Shown: piece after piece, positions 22,420 through 32,253 of the stretch
Layout of the letters: each line of letters begins with the position of its first letter
Position numbering within the stretch: position 1 is the stretch's first letter
From: an uncultured Alphaproteobacteria bacterium
GTDB taxonomy: Bacteria; Pseudomonadota; Alphaproteobacteria; ATCC43930; CGMCC-115725
Reading direction: 5' to 3'
DNA length: 64,000 bases
Assembly: GCA_963731145.1 (NCBI GenBank)
Contig: CAVSUX010000008.1
Span: forward strand, 12,843 to 76,842
The notes under the pieces: model-generated
What the model saw: the letters and a program-made list of their open reading frames with translations, nothing else
Told to the model about the DNA's origin: nothing
Database searches by the model: none
Program-made: the position numbers and the translations under genes

Positions 22420-22440
22420 CGCACTCATAGACGCGGATGT

Positions 22441-22475
22441 CAAAAGCGCCGCTCGACGCGGTTGCGCGAGCGGCC
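22441..22475 (-). terminator. second terminator-like hairpin in the oxygenase leader
   Basis: Minus strand GCCGCTCG-loop-CGAGCGGC followed by GCTTTTG. Confidence 0.45.
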
Positions 22476-22494
22476 TTTCATAAAATTCAGGCAA

Positions 22495-22610
22495 GAAAAA
22501 GCGCCCGGCTAGGGGGGTAACCGGGCGCTCGAAGCCCCTTTGCGGGGGGACCCGTTGGGCTCGGGGGAACACCTACGGGCCGGCGACGAGTAAACTCGCC
22601 GCGCTTCTGG
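22495..22610 (-). ncRNA. candidate structured small RNA or leader with C-rich motifs and an intrinsic terminator
   Basis: Minus strand contains an 8-bp stem with UUUA loop (22583-22602), two further hairpins, and a terminator AGCGCCCGG-UUACCCCCCUAG-CCGGGCGCU + UUUUU (22495-22529). It has three C runs (UUCCCCCGA, GUCCCCCCGC, UUACCCCCCUAG). The 5' end is not defined. Confidence 0.35.
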
Positions 22611-22782
22611 ATTTTAAGATGGGTAGCGGCCGCGCGCTTTCAATCTGTCTTCACGCAAGAATCACGCGCTCGTGCATCGCCGATCCAGATACTTGGAATC
22701 ACTCGCAAAAAAACGGCATCGCCGCGAGTTTGCCTTATTCGCGATCCTGGCATGCGATGGATGCAGGCTCTATTTTCGCGCG

Positions 22783-23243
22783 ATGGCGAAAATGAAAATG
22801 AAGACGGCAACGGCCGAGACACCAGGCGGATTTCAGCTTGCTGCCGGATCTCCTCGGCTATCATTTGCGGCGCGCGCAATCGGCGGTGTTTCAGGATTTC
22901 GCCACCAGCATGAACGGCGCGAAGGTGACACCGGGACAATTCGGCGTGCTGGCACTGATCGAGGCGAATGCCGGATTGAGCCAGACGCGGCTTGCGGAAA
23001 TACTCGGCATCGATCGCTCGACCTTGGTCGCGGTGATCGACAAGCTCGAGCACCAGGGCCTGGTCGAGCGCGCAGCGCGGCCGAACGACCGCCGCAGCCA
23101 TGCGTTGAAACTCTCACGCCAAGGGCAGAGCCGCTTCGAGACGCTCGCGCGGCTGGTGAAGAAGCACGAAACGCGCATCGCGCGACGAGCTCTCCGCGCG
23201 CGAGCGGCAAACCTTGATCGATTTGTTACAGCGGATCGGCTAA
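22783..23243 (+). pseudogene. MarR-family transcriptional regulator, frame switches near 22830 and 23180
   Basis: Core LSQTRLAEILGIDRSTLVAVIDKLEHQGLVERAARPNDRRSHAL is in ORF 22838-23656. The plausible C-terminus DELSARERQTLIDLLQRIG* is in another frame, and the N-terminus MAKMKMK is in a third. Confidence 0.8.
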
Positions 23244-24146
23244 GGCTGCGGCGCGGACGCGTCTGGCCGCGCGTAGTTGCGGCAGGCGGCACCAAAAGCG
23301 GCGAAGAGCTTGGTCGAGAACGGATCCTCGGCGAAGCGGAATTCCGGATGCCATTGCACGCCGATGATGAAGCGCGCGCCCGGCAAAGACACCGCTTCGA
23401 TCTGTCCGTCGGGCGCGATCGCCTCGACAAAAAGCGGCGCGGCCAGCCGGTCGATGCCCTGGCTGTGCAGCGAATTCACCTTGAGCTCGTGCGCGCCGGC
23501 CAGTTTCTCGAACGTGCCGCCGGTGGTCAGCGCGACGCCATGCGCGCGATGCGCATAGCGTTCATCGACCGAGTCGCGAGTTCGGCGCGCGATGATCGAG
23601 CCGGCCCGGCAGGAGATGGACGTTCTGATGTAGCGTGCCGCCGAGCGCGACATTGAGCTCTTGAATGCCGCGGCAGATCGCCAGCACCGGCAGATCGGCC
23701 TTCACCGCCGCGCGCAGCAGCGGCAGGGCGATCGCATCGCGTGCCGGATCGTGCAGCGTGTCGGGCAGGCTGGGCGTGCCGTCATAGTGATGCGGCTCGA
23801 CATTCGACGGCGAGCCGGGCATCAGCAGCCCGTCGATCCGGGCGATGAAGGCATCGGCCCAATCGGCATCGCCTTCGGCCGGGATCAGGAACGGCATGCC
23901 GCCGGCGCCGTCGAGCACGGCGTCGACGTATTTCTTCACCACGGCATGGGCGGGATGATTGCCGGTCGGCGTCGCGATCTCGCGCCGGCAGCAGGGAATA
24001 CCGATGACCGCAAGCGATTTGGCCGGCTTTAGCGGCCGGGCGCACGGCTCCTTCGACAAAGAGTCGAGAGACGCATCGACAAAAGACATGATCGGAACGA
24101 TGACCGAGAGCGGGGAGGGTTTCAAGGAAAGAACGTGCTGCTCCAT
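23240..24146 (-). pseudogene. gamma-glutamyl-GABA hydrolase (PuuD) / class I glutamine amidotransferase family, frame switch near 23600
   Basis: Nucleophile elbow LAICRGIQELNVALGGTL is in ORF 23562-24146. GVQWHPEF is in ORF 23240-23653. Confidence 0.8.
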
Positions 24147-24179
24147 AAGGCTATTCCCGCTCTCGGCCGCCGTTTGCCG

Positions 24180-24806
24180 CTACCAGCTGGCCTCCCTGAA
24201 CATGCTGCGATAATCCGGATGGTCGATGGCTTTCGCCTGATAGGTCTGGACCCGTGGCTGCGCCGGTTGCGTCGCCGGCGACTGGTCGGGCGTAGCGATC
24301 GTCGGCGTCGCGACGCCGCCAGCGGCCGTGCCGCAATTGCCGGAGCGATGCGTGATCACCTGCGGCTTTTGCGCCGGACCTTTGGCGATGATCTCGGTGC
24401 TTTGGCTGCAGACGCCGCTGGGCGACAGGGTCGAGACGAAGCTGTAACTCTGTGTGCCCGGCGGCAGCTTGGTCATGTCGACCTGGATCGGCTGGCCGGG
24501 GCCCGGCCAGCGGTTGGGCCGCGATCGCCTGCATCTGGCGCATCATCGCGTCGGCTTCGCGATCCATCTGCGCCGAGATCTGCTGCATCAGGGCGAACGG
24601 CGATTGCGGGCCAAAGGCCCGATGCGACGGGTGCGGCTGCGGCGGCGTAAAGGAAACCTGCGGCGCGACATCGCCGGCATAAGTCGATCTGCTCGGTCGT
24701 GCCATCGGGAAGTTGGAGGGTCAAGGTGCGCGCCGCGACCGTGCCGGCCAGCGCCACGCAGGCGACCCCGGCAAGAAGCGGTGAAAGTTCGGGAAGAGAT
24801 TTGCAT
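24180..24806 (-). pseudogene. hypothetical exported protein, at least 3 frame switches
   Basis: A signal-like N-terminus and pieces from ORFs 24588-24806, 24473-24757, 24151-24705 and 24180-24476 join into one reading. Family not recognised. Confidence 0.35.
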
Positions 24807-24923
24807 GAGCTGTCTCCAGCGTTACCAAATTGAAGACGCCCAAAAGCATACCGCCGGTCCAGGGCCGGCGGTACTTAAACCTATGAAAGGGAACGGATTA
24901 ACGCGTTTTAAGAAACTCCGCGC

Positions 24924-25578
24924 TCAGCCGCCGTCGCGCAGATTGGGCGGCCGCGGATCGGTCCAATAGAAGAGTTGCGGGTTGAGCGGCGCGCCGTAAT
25001 GCGGATCGTCGAGCGTGACGGTCACTTCCTTGCGTTGCGCGTCGACGATCTGCCACTTCCGCAATTGCAGCGGCTTGTCGCTCAGCACCAGCGTCGCCTG
25101 GCCGAGGCTCGGATTCTTCGCCTCGTTGACGGTGACGCGCAGTACGCCGGGATCGCGCTCGAGATCGCTGACTGTGATGTCGCCGCCGAAGCGGACATTG
25201 TCCTGCAACAGGAACCAGGCCGGCGTGTCCTGCAGAGCGAAGAAGCTCACCTGCTGCAGCTTCTTGTCGTAGTACCAGATGCGGTTGTCGGTCGCGACCA
25301 GCAGGATCGGCACCGGCGGATCGTATTCGACGCGCATCTTGCCCGGGCGCGAGAGATAGATCGTGCCGGTGGCGACGCCGCCATCATTCGACACCTGCTC
25401 GAACCGCGATTGCAGCGTGTGAATGTTGTTCATGTATTCCTGCACGCGGTTGAGATCGGCGGTATCCGCCGGCGTGACGGCAGCGCGCGCCAGATGCGGC
25501 GCCAGCGCGCCCGGCACCAAAGAGAGGGCGCCAAGGCCAGAGAATCGCGGCGAAAAGATCGCGGCGCGTCAACGACAT
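24924..25578 (-). pseudogene. lolA: outer-membrane lipoprotein carrier protein LolA, frame switch near 25515
   Basis: Mature part is in ORF 24924-25520 (TLQSRFEQV...GTIYLSRPGKMRVEY). The signal peptide is in ORF 25384-25578. It sits immediately downstream of ftsK, as is typical. Confidence 0.75.
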
Positions 25579-25697
25579 GGAATGAGCTCCTTGTTCCGGG
25601 GATCGCCCATCATAGAACGGGCGAAGATAGGTCGAAGAAGCAACCCGCGCCGCTTAAAAAAGTTTCACCGCGCGACAGGATGCCCTGCGGCGATGCA

Positions 25698-28144
25698 CTA
25701 TTCGCGTTCGTCGATATTGCGGCCCAGAACCTCGCGCTTGCCGACATGATTGGCGGCGCTGACCACGCCTTCCGTCTCCATCCGCTCGATGATGCGGGCG
25801 GCGCGGTTATAGCCAATCTGGAGGTGGCGCTGGACGAAGCTGGTCGACGCCTTGCGCTCGCGGCAAACCAGCGCGACCGCGCGATCGTAGAGATCGTCGC
25901 CCGAGCCGCCGCCTTCGCCATCGCCGCCGAAGCCGCCCATGCCGGGTCGTCCTCTTCTTCCTCGGTGACTTCCTCGATATAGGTCGGCGGGCCGCCATTG
26001 TCCTTGAGGAAGCGCACGACGCGCTCGACCTCTTCGTCGGCGACGAACGGCCCGTGGACGCGCTGGATGCGCCCGCCGCCCGCCATGTAGAGCATGTCGC
26101 CGCGGCCCAAGAGCTGCTCGGCGCCGCTCTCGCCGAGGATGGTGCGGCTGTCGATCTTCGACGTCACCTGGAAGGAGATGCGCGTCGGGAAATTCGCCTT
26201 GATCGTGCCGGTGATGACATCGACCGACGGACGCTGCGTCGCCATGATGATATGGATGCCGGCGGCGCGCGCCATCTGCGCCAGACGCTGCACCGCGGCT
26301 TCGATATCCTTGCCGGCGACCAGCATCAGATCGGCCATCTCGTCGACGACGACGACGATCAGCGGCAGCGGCGTCGAGGCAAGCGGCTGCTCCTCGAAGA
26401 TCGGCTTGCCGGTCTCTTCATCGAAGCCGGTCTGCACCTTGCGCTTCAGGATTTCGCCGCGCGCTTTCGCTTCAGCGAGGCGCTGATTGTAGCCCTCGAT
26501 ATTGCGCACGCCGAGCTTCGACATCGCGCGATAGCGGTTCTCCATCTCGCGCACGGTCCATTTGAGCGCGACCACCGCCTTGCGCGCCTCGGTCACGACC
26601 GGCGCCAAGAGATGCGGGATGCCGTCATAGACCGAGAGCTCGAGCATCTTCGGATCGATCATGATGAATTTGCATTGATCGGGCGACATCCGATAGAGGA
26701 TCGAGAGGATCATCGTGTTGATGCCGACGGATTTGCCCGAGCCGGTCGTGCCGGCGATCAGCAGATGCGGCATGCGCGCGAGATCGGCGATGACCGGCGT
26801 GCCGCCGATATCCTTGCCCAGCACCAGCATCAGCTTCGCGGCGCTGCGTTCGTAATCTTCCGACGCCAACAGCTCGCGCAGATAGATCGTCTCGGCGCGG
26901 GCCGAGGGCAGCTCGATGCCGATGACATTGCGTCCGGGCACGACGGCGACACGCGCCGAGATCGCGCTCATCGAGCGCGCGATATCGTCGGCGAGGCCGA
27001 TGATGCGCGACGCTTTGATGCCGGGCGCGGGCTCGAGCTCGTAGAGCGCGACGACCGGGACCCGGGCGCACCTTCACGATCTGGCCCTGGATGCCGTAAT
27101 CGGCGAGCACGGATTCGAGCAGCCGCGCATTCTGCTGCAGCGCCTCTTCGCTGATCTGCGCGAAGCGCGACGGCACCACCTCGTCGAGCAATTCGAGCGA
27201 TGGCAATAGATGCTCGCCGCCGAAGGACCGAGATCGAGAAGCGCCTGGCGCTGCGCCTCGCGCTTCTTCGCCTTCTTGGGCATGTCGACCGGTACCGCCG
27301 AGCGGCGCACCGGCGGCAGCTTGATGTCCTCGACGACTTCGTCCTCGTCATCGCCGCCGGCGATGCCGCCGAGCGAGGGCTCGCGCCGCTGCCGGGCGGG
27401 CGCGACATCATCTCCGTCGTCGCGCTTCCACGGCATTGGCAGGGCCGGCAGCAGGCCGCGCGCGCGCGCGATCAGGCTGGGCTTCGCCGGCGCGTCCTCG
27501 TCGAGCTCATCCTCGTCATCGTCTTCGCCGGCAAGCGCGCGGCGGTTCTGCGGCCGGACATAGCGCTTCTTGCCCTCGGTGGCGTGCGGCACGAAGCTCA
27601 ACGCCGACAAGCCCACGAGATAAAGGAGCATCAGCGCGACGACGATCGCCGCTGCCATCGCCGCGAGCGGCGGCGCGACGCTGATATGCGCAAAGCCGTC
27701 GCGACCGAGCTTTCCGATGACGCCGCCGAGGCCGACTTTCAGCGCCCAGCTTGCCGGCGGCGGCACGATCGAGATCGCGAGCGGCGCCGCGAGCAGCAGC
27801 GGCGGCACGACCGCGAGCTTCAGCCAGAAGCGCTTCAAGCCGCGGCCACCGATGCAGCGCACCGCCCAATCGATCAACACCAGTGGCAACAACCACGCCG
27901 CGAAGCCGAGCCATTGCAGCAAGAGATCGGAGATGCGCGCGCCGGCCAAGCCCATCAGATTCTTGGCTGTGCGGTTGATCGACTGGTTCCAGGACGGATC
28001 GCCCGGATCGTGGCTGATCAATGCGCCGATCAGGAACACGCCGAGCGCAAGGCAGACGAGGCCGACGGTCAGGACCGCGAAACGTCCCCAGCTGCGTTGG
28101 TCGCGCGCCGAATATTTGCGCCCGGAATCGGTGATGCTCGCCAT
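25698..28144 (-). pseudogene. ftsK: DNA translocase FtsK, at least 3 frame switches
   Basis: N-terminal membrane domain is in ORF 27074-28144. The motor domain with Walker [10 protein letters not shown] is in ORF 25610-26971. The gamma domain ([23 protein letters not shown]) is in ORF 25698-25940. Confidence 0.92.
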
Positions 28145-28153
28145 ACTGTCCCC

Positions 28154-29365
28154 TCAGGTCAAAACGCGCCGCAAACGTTTCATCCCGTCTTCGATCGTCG
28201 CATCATCATGCACGACCGCGACGCGGATGTAGCGTTGCCCCGGATTCTCGGCGCCTGGGTTGGTGATAGCGGTGTAACCGCCCGGCAGCGTGCGGATGCC
28301 CGCCTCGCGCCAGAGCGTCAGTGCCGCGCGCGCGCCGTCTTCGACATCGAGCCAAAGAAAGAAGCCGCCCTCGGGCCGGTAGAAGCCCAAGCGTCCGGCG
28401 AGATAATGCTCGGCGATATCGAATTTGCGGCGATAGAGCGCACGCACGCCTTCGACATGACTCTCTTCGTTCCACAGCGCGATGGCCGCTTCCTGGATCG
28501 GCAACGGCACTTGCGCCGCCGCGTAAGAGCGCAGATGCGCGAAACGCTCGATCAGATGCGGATCTCCGGCGACGAAGCCGCAGCGCAGCCCGGCCGCGTT
28601 CGAGCGCTTCGAGAGCGAGTGGAAGACGAGCACGTTTTCGAAGCCGCGGCCGAGAGCGGCGCAGGCTTCGAGCGCGCCGGGCGGCGGCGCGCGATCGTAG
28701 AGCTCGCAATAACATTCATCGGCGGCGAGCACGAAATCATAAGCGCGCGCCAGCGTGATCGCCTTCTTCAGATAATCGAGGCTCGCGACCGCGCCCTGCG
28801 GATTGGCCGGGCTGCAGAGATAGAAAAGCGCACAGCGCGCGAGAACGCTTTCGGGGATCGCATCGAGATCGGGAAGGAAGCCGGTCGCTTTCGTGCAATC
28901 GAGATAGATCGTCTCGCCGCCCGCGAGCGTACCGCCGCCGTTATAGACGTTGTAATAGGGATTCGGCATCAGCACCGTCGGCTGGCGCCCGGCTTTCTCC
29001 GGCGGCACGGTGAGTTGCGCGACGAGGAAAAGCGCTTCCTTGCTGCCATTGGCGATCAGCACATGACGATCGCCCTGGACCATCCCGGGCGGCAGGCGAT
29101 AGCGCCGGGTCAGCCAAGCGGCGCAGGCGGCGCGATATTCCGGCGTGCCCACCGGTGGCGGGTAGCGGTTCCAAAGATGGGCATTTTTCGCGAGGGTTTC
29201 GGCCAGCAACGGCGGCGGATCGTGCTGCGGCTCGCCCACCGCCCAGGGTAAGACCGGCTCGTTGGTGCGCGGCTGAACGCTATCGAGCAACACCCGCAGC
29301 TTGGTGAAGGGGTTGTCGACGAGAGCATTGAGGCGTGGGTTGACAGTCAAGTCTAAGACCACCAT
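28154..29365 (-). CDS. class I/II PLP-dependent aminotransferase
   Basis: Intact 403-aa ORF with PLP-lysine context FHSLSKRSNAAGLRCG and PANPQG. Substrate not assignable from sequence alone. Confidence 0.88.
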   Translation of the reverse strand: MVVLDLTVNPRLNALVDNPFTKLRVLLDSVQPRTNEPVLPWAVGEPQHDPPPLLAETLAKNAHLWNRYPPPVGTPEYRAACAAWLTRRYRLPPGMVQGDRHVLIANGSKEALFLVAQLTVPPEKAGRQPTVLMPNPYYNVYNGGGTLAGGETIYLDCTKATGFLPDLDAIPESVLARCALFYLCSPANPQGAVASLDYLKKAITLARAYDFVLAADECYCELYDRAPPPGALEACAALGRGFENVLVFHSLSKRSNAAGLRCGFVAGDPHLIERFAHLRSYAAAQVPLPIQEAAIALWNEESHVEGVRALYRRKFDIAEHYLAGRLGFYRPEGGFFLWLDVEDGARAALTLWREAGIRTLPGGYTAITNPGAENPGQRYIRVAVVHDDATIEDGMKRLRRVLT

Positions 29366-29423
29366 CTAAGTGACGGGAAAGTCATAGCATAAAGGCACCC
29401 AACCGTCGCGTGCCGAAAGCGCC

Positions 29424-29448
29424 GCGGCGGGCCGGAGAGGCCCGCCGC
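29424..29448. terminator. GC-rich hairpin downstream of the cupredoxin gene
   Basis: GCGGCGGGCC-GGAGA-GGCCCGCCGC is a perfect 10-bp stem. Only a weak U tract follows on the minus strand. Confidence 0.4.
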
Positions 29449-29473
29449 GACACCGGTCCGGCAGCCGGGCTGG

Positions 29474-29857
29474 CTATTTGACGACGATCGTTCCGGTCAT
29501 ATGCGGATGGATCGAGCAGAAATAGCGGTAGGTGCCGGACTTATCGAAGGTGAAGCTGAAATTGTCGTCGGTATCGAGCGCTCCCGATTTGAAGAGCTTC
29601 GGGTCGTCGGCGCTGACGACGGTATGCGGCTCGTCGTCGCGATTGGTCCAGGTCACCTTGGTGCCGGGGGCGACCGTGATCGTCGCCGGGCCGAAGGCGA
29701 AATTGTCGATGGTCACGGTATTGGGCGCGACCGCGGCGGCGATCTGGGCCGGCGCCGTGGCCGGCATGGCCACCTCAGCCATGTCATGCGCCAAAGCGGC
29801 ACCGATAAAGCCGATAAACACGCCGGAAACCGCGATTGCGAAGAGCTTGTGCAGCAT
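29474..29857 (-). CDS. secreted type-1 copper (cupredoxin / plastocyanin-amicyanin-like) protein
   Basis: Internal ATG at 29857 gives 127 aa with a signal-like N-terminus and copper ligands (EPHTVV ... YFCSIHPHMTG). Confidence 0.85.
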   Translation of the reverse strand: MLHKLFAIAVSGVFIGFIGAALAHDMAEVAMPATAPAQIAAAVAPNTVTIDNFAFGPATITVAPGTKVTWTNRDDEPHTVVSADDPKLFKSGALDTDDNFSFTFDKSGTYRYFCSIHPHMTGTIVVK

Positions 29858-29865
29858 TCCGGACC

Positions 29866-30801
29866 TCACGAGGCGAGCGCGGTATCGGCGAGCGCCGGCT
29901 TCATGCCGGCGAAGTCGATATTGCGGATGCCGAGGAAGCTGCGCAGCTTGTCGGCCGGCACCGGCATTGGGTTGGGGCCAGCACCCTGACCCGGCGCGGG
30001 CTGCGGGAAGGCGGTCGAGCGCGCCGTCTGGAAGCTGACGTTGCCTTCGACCTTCTGCTGTACCTGATGGATATGGCCATTGAGCACGGTAACCGAGCCG
30101 AAGCGCTTCAGGGTCGCGAGCGCCTGCGCCGAGCCGTCGGTGCCCCAGCCCCATTCGGGATAAAGCGACCACAGCGGCATATGCGCGAAGACGACGATCG
30201 GCGTCGAAGCGCTGAGGCCCTTGGTGTCGGCGTCGAGCCAGGCCAGTTGGTCGGCATCGAGATTGCCGAGCCCGCCGGGCTTGAGATTGACGACGTTGAT
30301 CAGGCCGATGAAATGGATGCCGTTCTGATCGAAACTGTACCAGCCGCCCGGCTGCGCGCCCTTGGGCGAGAAGCGGCTGAAGAATTCCTTGCCGTCGTCG
30401 CCGATGGTGTCGTGCTCGCCCGGCACGTAAAACGTCTCGAGCCCGGCGGTCTTCATGATGCCGCTGGCCGCTTCGAATTCGCTGGGCTTGGAGAGATGCG
30501 AAACATCGCCGGTATGCAGCAGGAAAGCCGGGCGTTTGGGCATCGCCGCGATCTTTTGCAGCGCCTCGCGCAAGGTGGCGTCGGGCGTCGGATTCGGATC
30601 CTTGGTGAAGCCGATATGCGAATCGCTGATCTGGACGAAGGAGAAATCCGCCGCCGCGAGCTGTTCAGGACCAGCCGCGTCGAGCGCCTGCGCCCGCGGC
30701 ACACCGCCGCTCACCGTCCAGAGAATGCCCGCCGTGCCCCAACCCATGCATTGGAGAACGCGGCGGCGTGTCGCACCGTTTGGGTCTTTCGTGGTCATCA
30801 T
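29866..30801 (-). CDS. Tat-exported metallophosphoesterase (calcineurin-like)
   Basis: Intact 311 aa with twin-arginine motif TRRRVL. Phosphoesterase motifs ISDSHIG, HTGDVS, GEHD, GHIH. RBS GGGAGAGAG. Confidence 0.85.
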   Translation of the reverse strand: MMTTKDPNGATRRRVLQCMGWGTAGILWTVSGGVPRAQALDAAGPEQLAAADFSFVQISDSHIGFTKDPNPTPDATLREALQKIAAMPKRPAFLLHTGDVSHLSKPSEFEAASGIMKTAGLETFYVPGEHDTIGDDGKEFFSRFSPKGAQPGGWYSFDQNGIHFIGLINVVNLKPGGLGNLDADQLAWLDADTKGLSASTPIVVFAHMPLWSLYPEWGWGTDGSAQALATLKRFGSVTVLNGHIHQVQQKVEGNVSFQTARSTAFPQPAPGQGAGPNPMPVPADKLRSFLGIRNIDFAGMKPALADTALAS

Positions 30802-30827
30802 GCTCTCTCCCGATTGTCGATACGGGA

Positions 30828-30854
30828 AAGATCGGCCGGGACGCCGGTTTATTC
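30828..30854 (-). promoter_or_regulatory. candidate ECF-type promoter of the metallophosphoesterase-cupredoxin operon
   Basis: Minus strand GAATAAAC-N15-TCTT, with the same motif and spacing as the promoter candidate in front of the ECF sigma gene. It lies about 27 nt upstream of the ATG. Confidence 0.4.
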
Positions 30855-30880
30855 GCCGCGCATGGCTCGGCGGCGGCCGG

Positions 30881-30908
30881 GAATAAACTGGACCTATTTC
30901 GGGTCTTA
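30881..30908 (+). promoter_or_regulatory. candidate autoregulated ECF-type promoter
   Basis: GAATAAAC (30881-30888)-N15-TCTT (30904-30907), about 50 nt upstream of the sigma start. Confidence 0.4.
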
Positions 30909-30956
30909 CCCGGATCGGCAGCGTTGCGGACGGTTACAGCCCATGGGCAAACGAGG

Positions 30957-31478
30957 ATGAGCGCGGAATTCGAGGCAGCGGTGCTGCCGCATCTCAACGC
31001 CGCCTACAATCTGGCGCGGTACCTCACACGCAACGCGGCCGATGCCGAGGATGTGGTGCAGGAAGCGGTGCTGCGCGCCGCCACCTATTTCAGCGGCTTC
31101 CGCGGCGCCAATGCGCGCGCCTGGCTACTGCAGATCGTGCGCAATACGGCCTATGCCTCGCGCGCGCTGGTGCGCGGCGCGGTCACTGTCGCCTTGCCCG
31201 GCGAGGAAACCGGCGCGCCGACCGCGCCGGAGCTGATCGATCACGGCGACGATCCCGAAATGGCGCTGCGCAAGCGCGAGGACCACGCGCGGCTGGCGCG
31301 GCTGCTCGCGGCGCTGCCGGTCGAGCTGCGTGAGACGCTGATCCTCCGGGAGATCGAGGAGCTTCCTTACAAAGAAATCGCCGAGATCACGCAGGCACCG
31401 ATCGGCACCGTGATGTCGCGGCTGTGGCGCGCGCGGCGGATGCTGGCGGCCGCCGTGCAAACCGAGGAAGGACAGTAG
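30957..31478 (+). CDS. ECF (sigma-70 family group 4) RNA polymerase sigma factor
   Basis: The internal ATG at 30957 gives about 173 aa. Region 2 (DAEDVVQEAVLRA) and region 4 (LPYKEIAEITQAPIGTVMSRLWRAR) are present. Confidence 0.9.
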   Translation: MSAEFEAAVLPHLNAAYNLARYLTRNAADAEDVVQEAVLRAATYFSGFRGANARAWLLQIVRNTAYASRALVRGAVTVALPGEETGAPTAPELIDHGDDPEMALRKREDHARLARLLAALPVELRETLILREIEELPYKEIAEITQAPIGTVMSRLWRARRMLAAAVQTEEGQ

Positions 31479-31483
31479 TAGTC

Positions 31484-32250
31484 ATGGAATGCGAGAATGT
31501 CCTGCTGGTACAGGCCGAATTCGACGGCGAGCTCGACACCGCGGAGGCCTTGCGCGCCGCCCAGCATCGCCAGACCTGCGCCGCCTGCCGCGATGCTTAC
31601 GCGCAGCTCTCGGCAACGCATGCGCTGCTGCGCGAAAGCGCGCCGCGCTATCGGGCGCCCGAAAGCCTCCGCCGTGCGATCCGCGCCGGCCTCAACGTGA
31701 CGCGCGACACGGCGACGGCGGCGGCGCCATCGCGGACCACGCGTCGTGGTGGCGCGACGGTGCGAGTTTTGGGCTCGGCGCGGCATTGGCCGCCGGCATC
31801 GCGCTGTTGATCATCAATCCGGCGCAGCAGAGCTTGCTCGATCAGGTGGTCGCAAGCCATGTGCGGGCGCTGCAGCCCGGCCATTTGGAAGATGTGATCT
31901 CGACCGATCAGCACACGGTGAAGCCGTGGTTCGATGGCCGCATCGATTTCGCGCCGCCGGTCAAAGATCTCGCTGCCCAGCAATTCCCGCTGCTCGGTGG
32001 GCGGCTCGACTATCTGAATGACCGGCCGGTCGCGGCGCTGATCTATGGCAGCGACAAGCATGTGATCAATCTTTACGTATGGCCCATCGGCAAAGAAGGG
32101 GGCGGCGGCGAGCCGCTGCCGAAGACGGAAACGCGCAACGGCTACAACACCGTGCATTGGAGCGAGAACGGCATGGATTTCTGGACCGTGTCCGATCTCG
32201 AGGCGCGGAAGCTCAACGACTTCGTGCGCGATTGGCGCGCGGCGGGCTGA
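31484..32250 (+). pseudogene. zinc-binding (ZAS, H-x3-C-x2-C) transmembrane anti-sigma factor, frame switch near 31735
   Basis: N-terminus MECENVLL...HRQTCAACR is in ORF 31424-31810. The TM segment and periplasmic domain (HTVKPWFDGRIDFAPPV...HVINLYVWP) are in ORF 31489-32250. Confidence 0.75.
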
Positions 32251-32253
32251 GGA

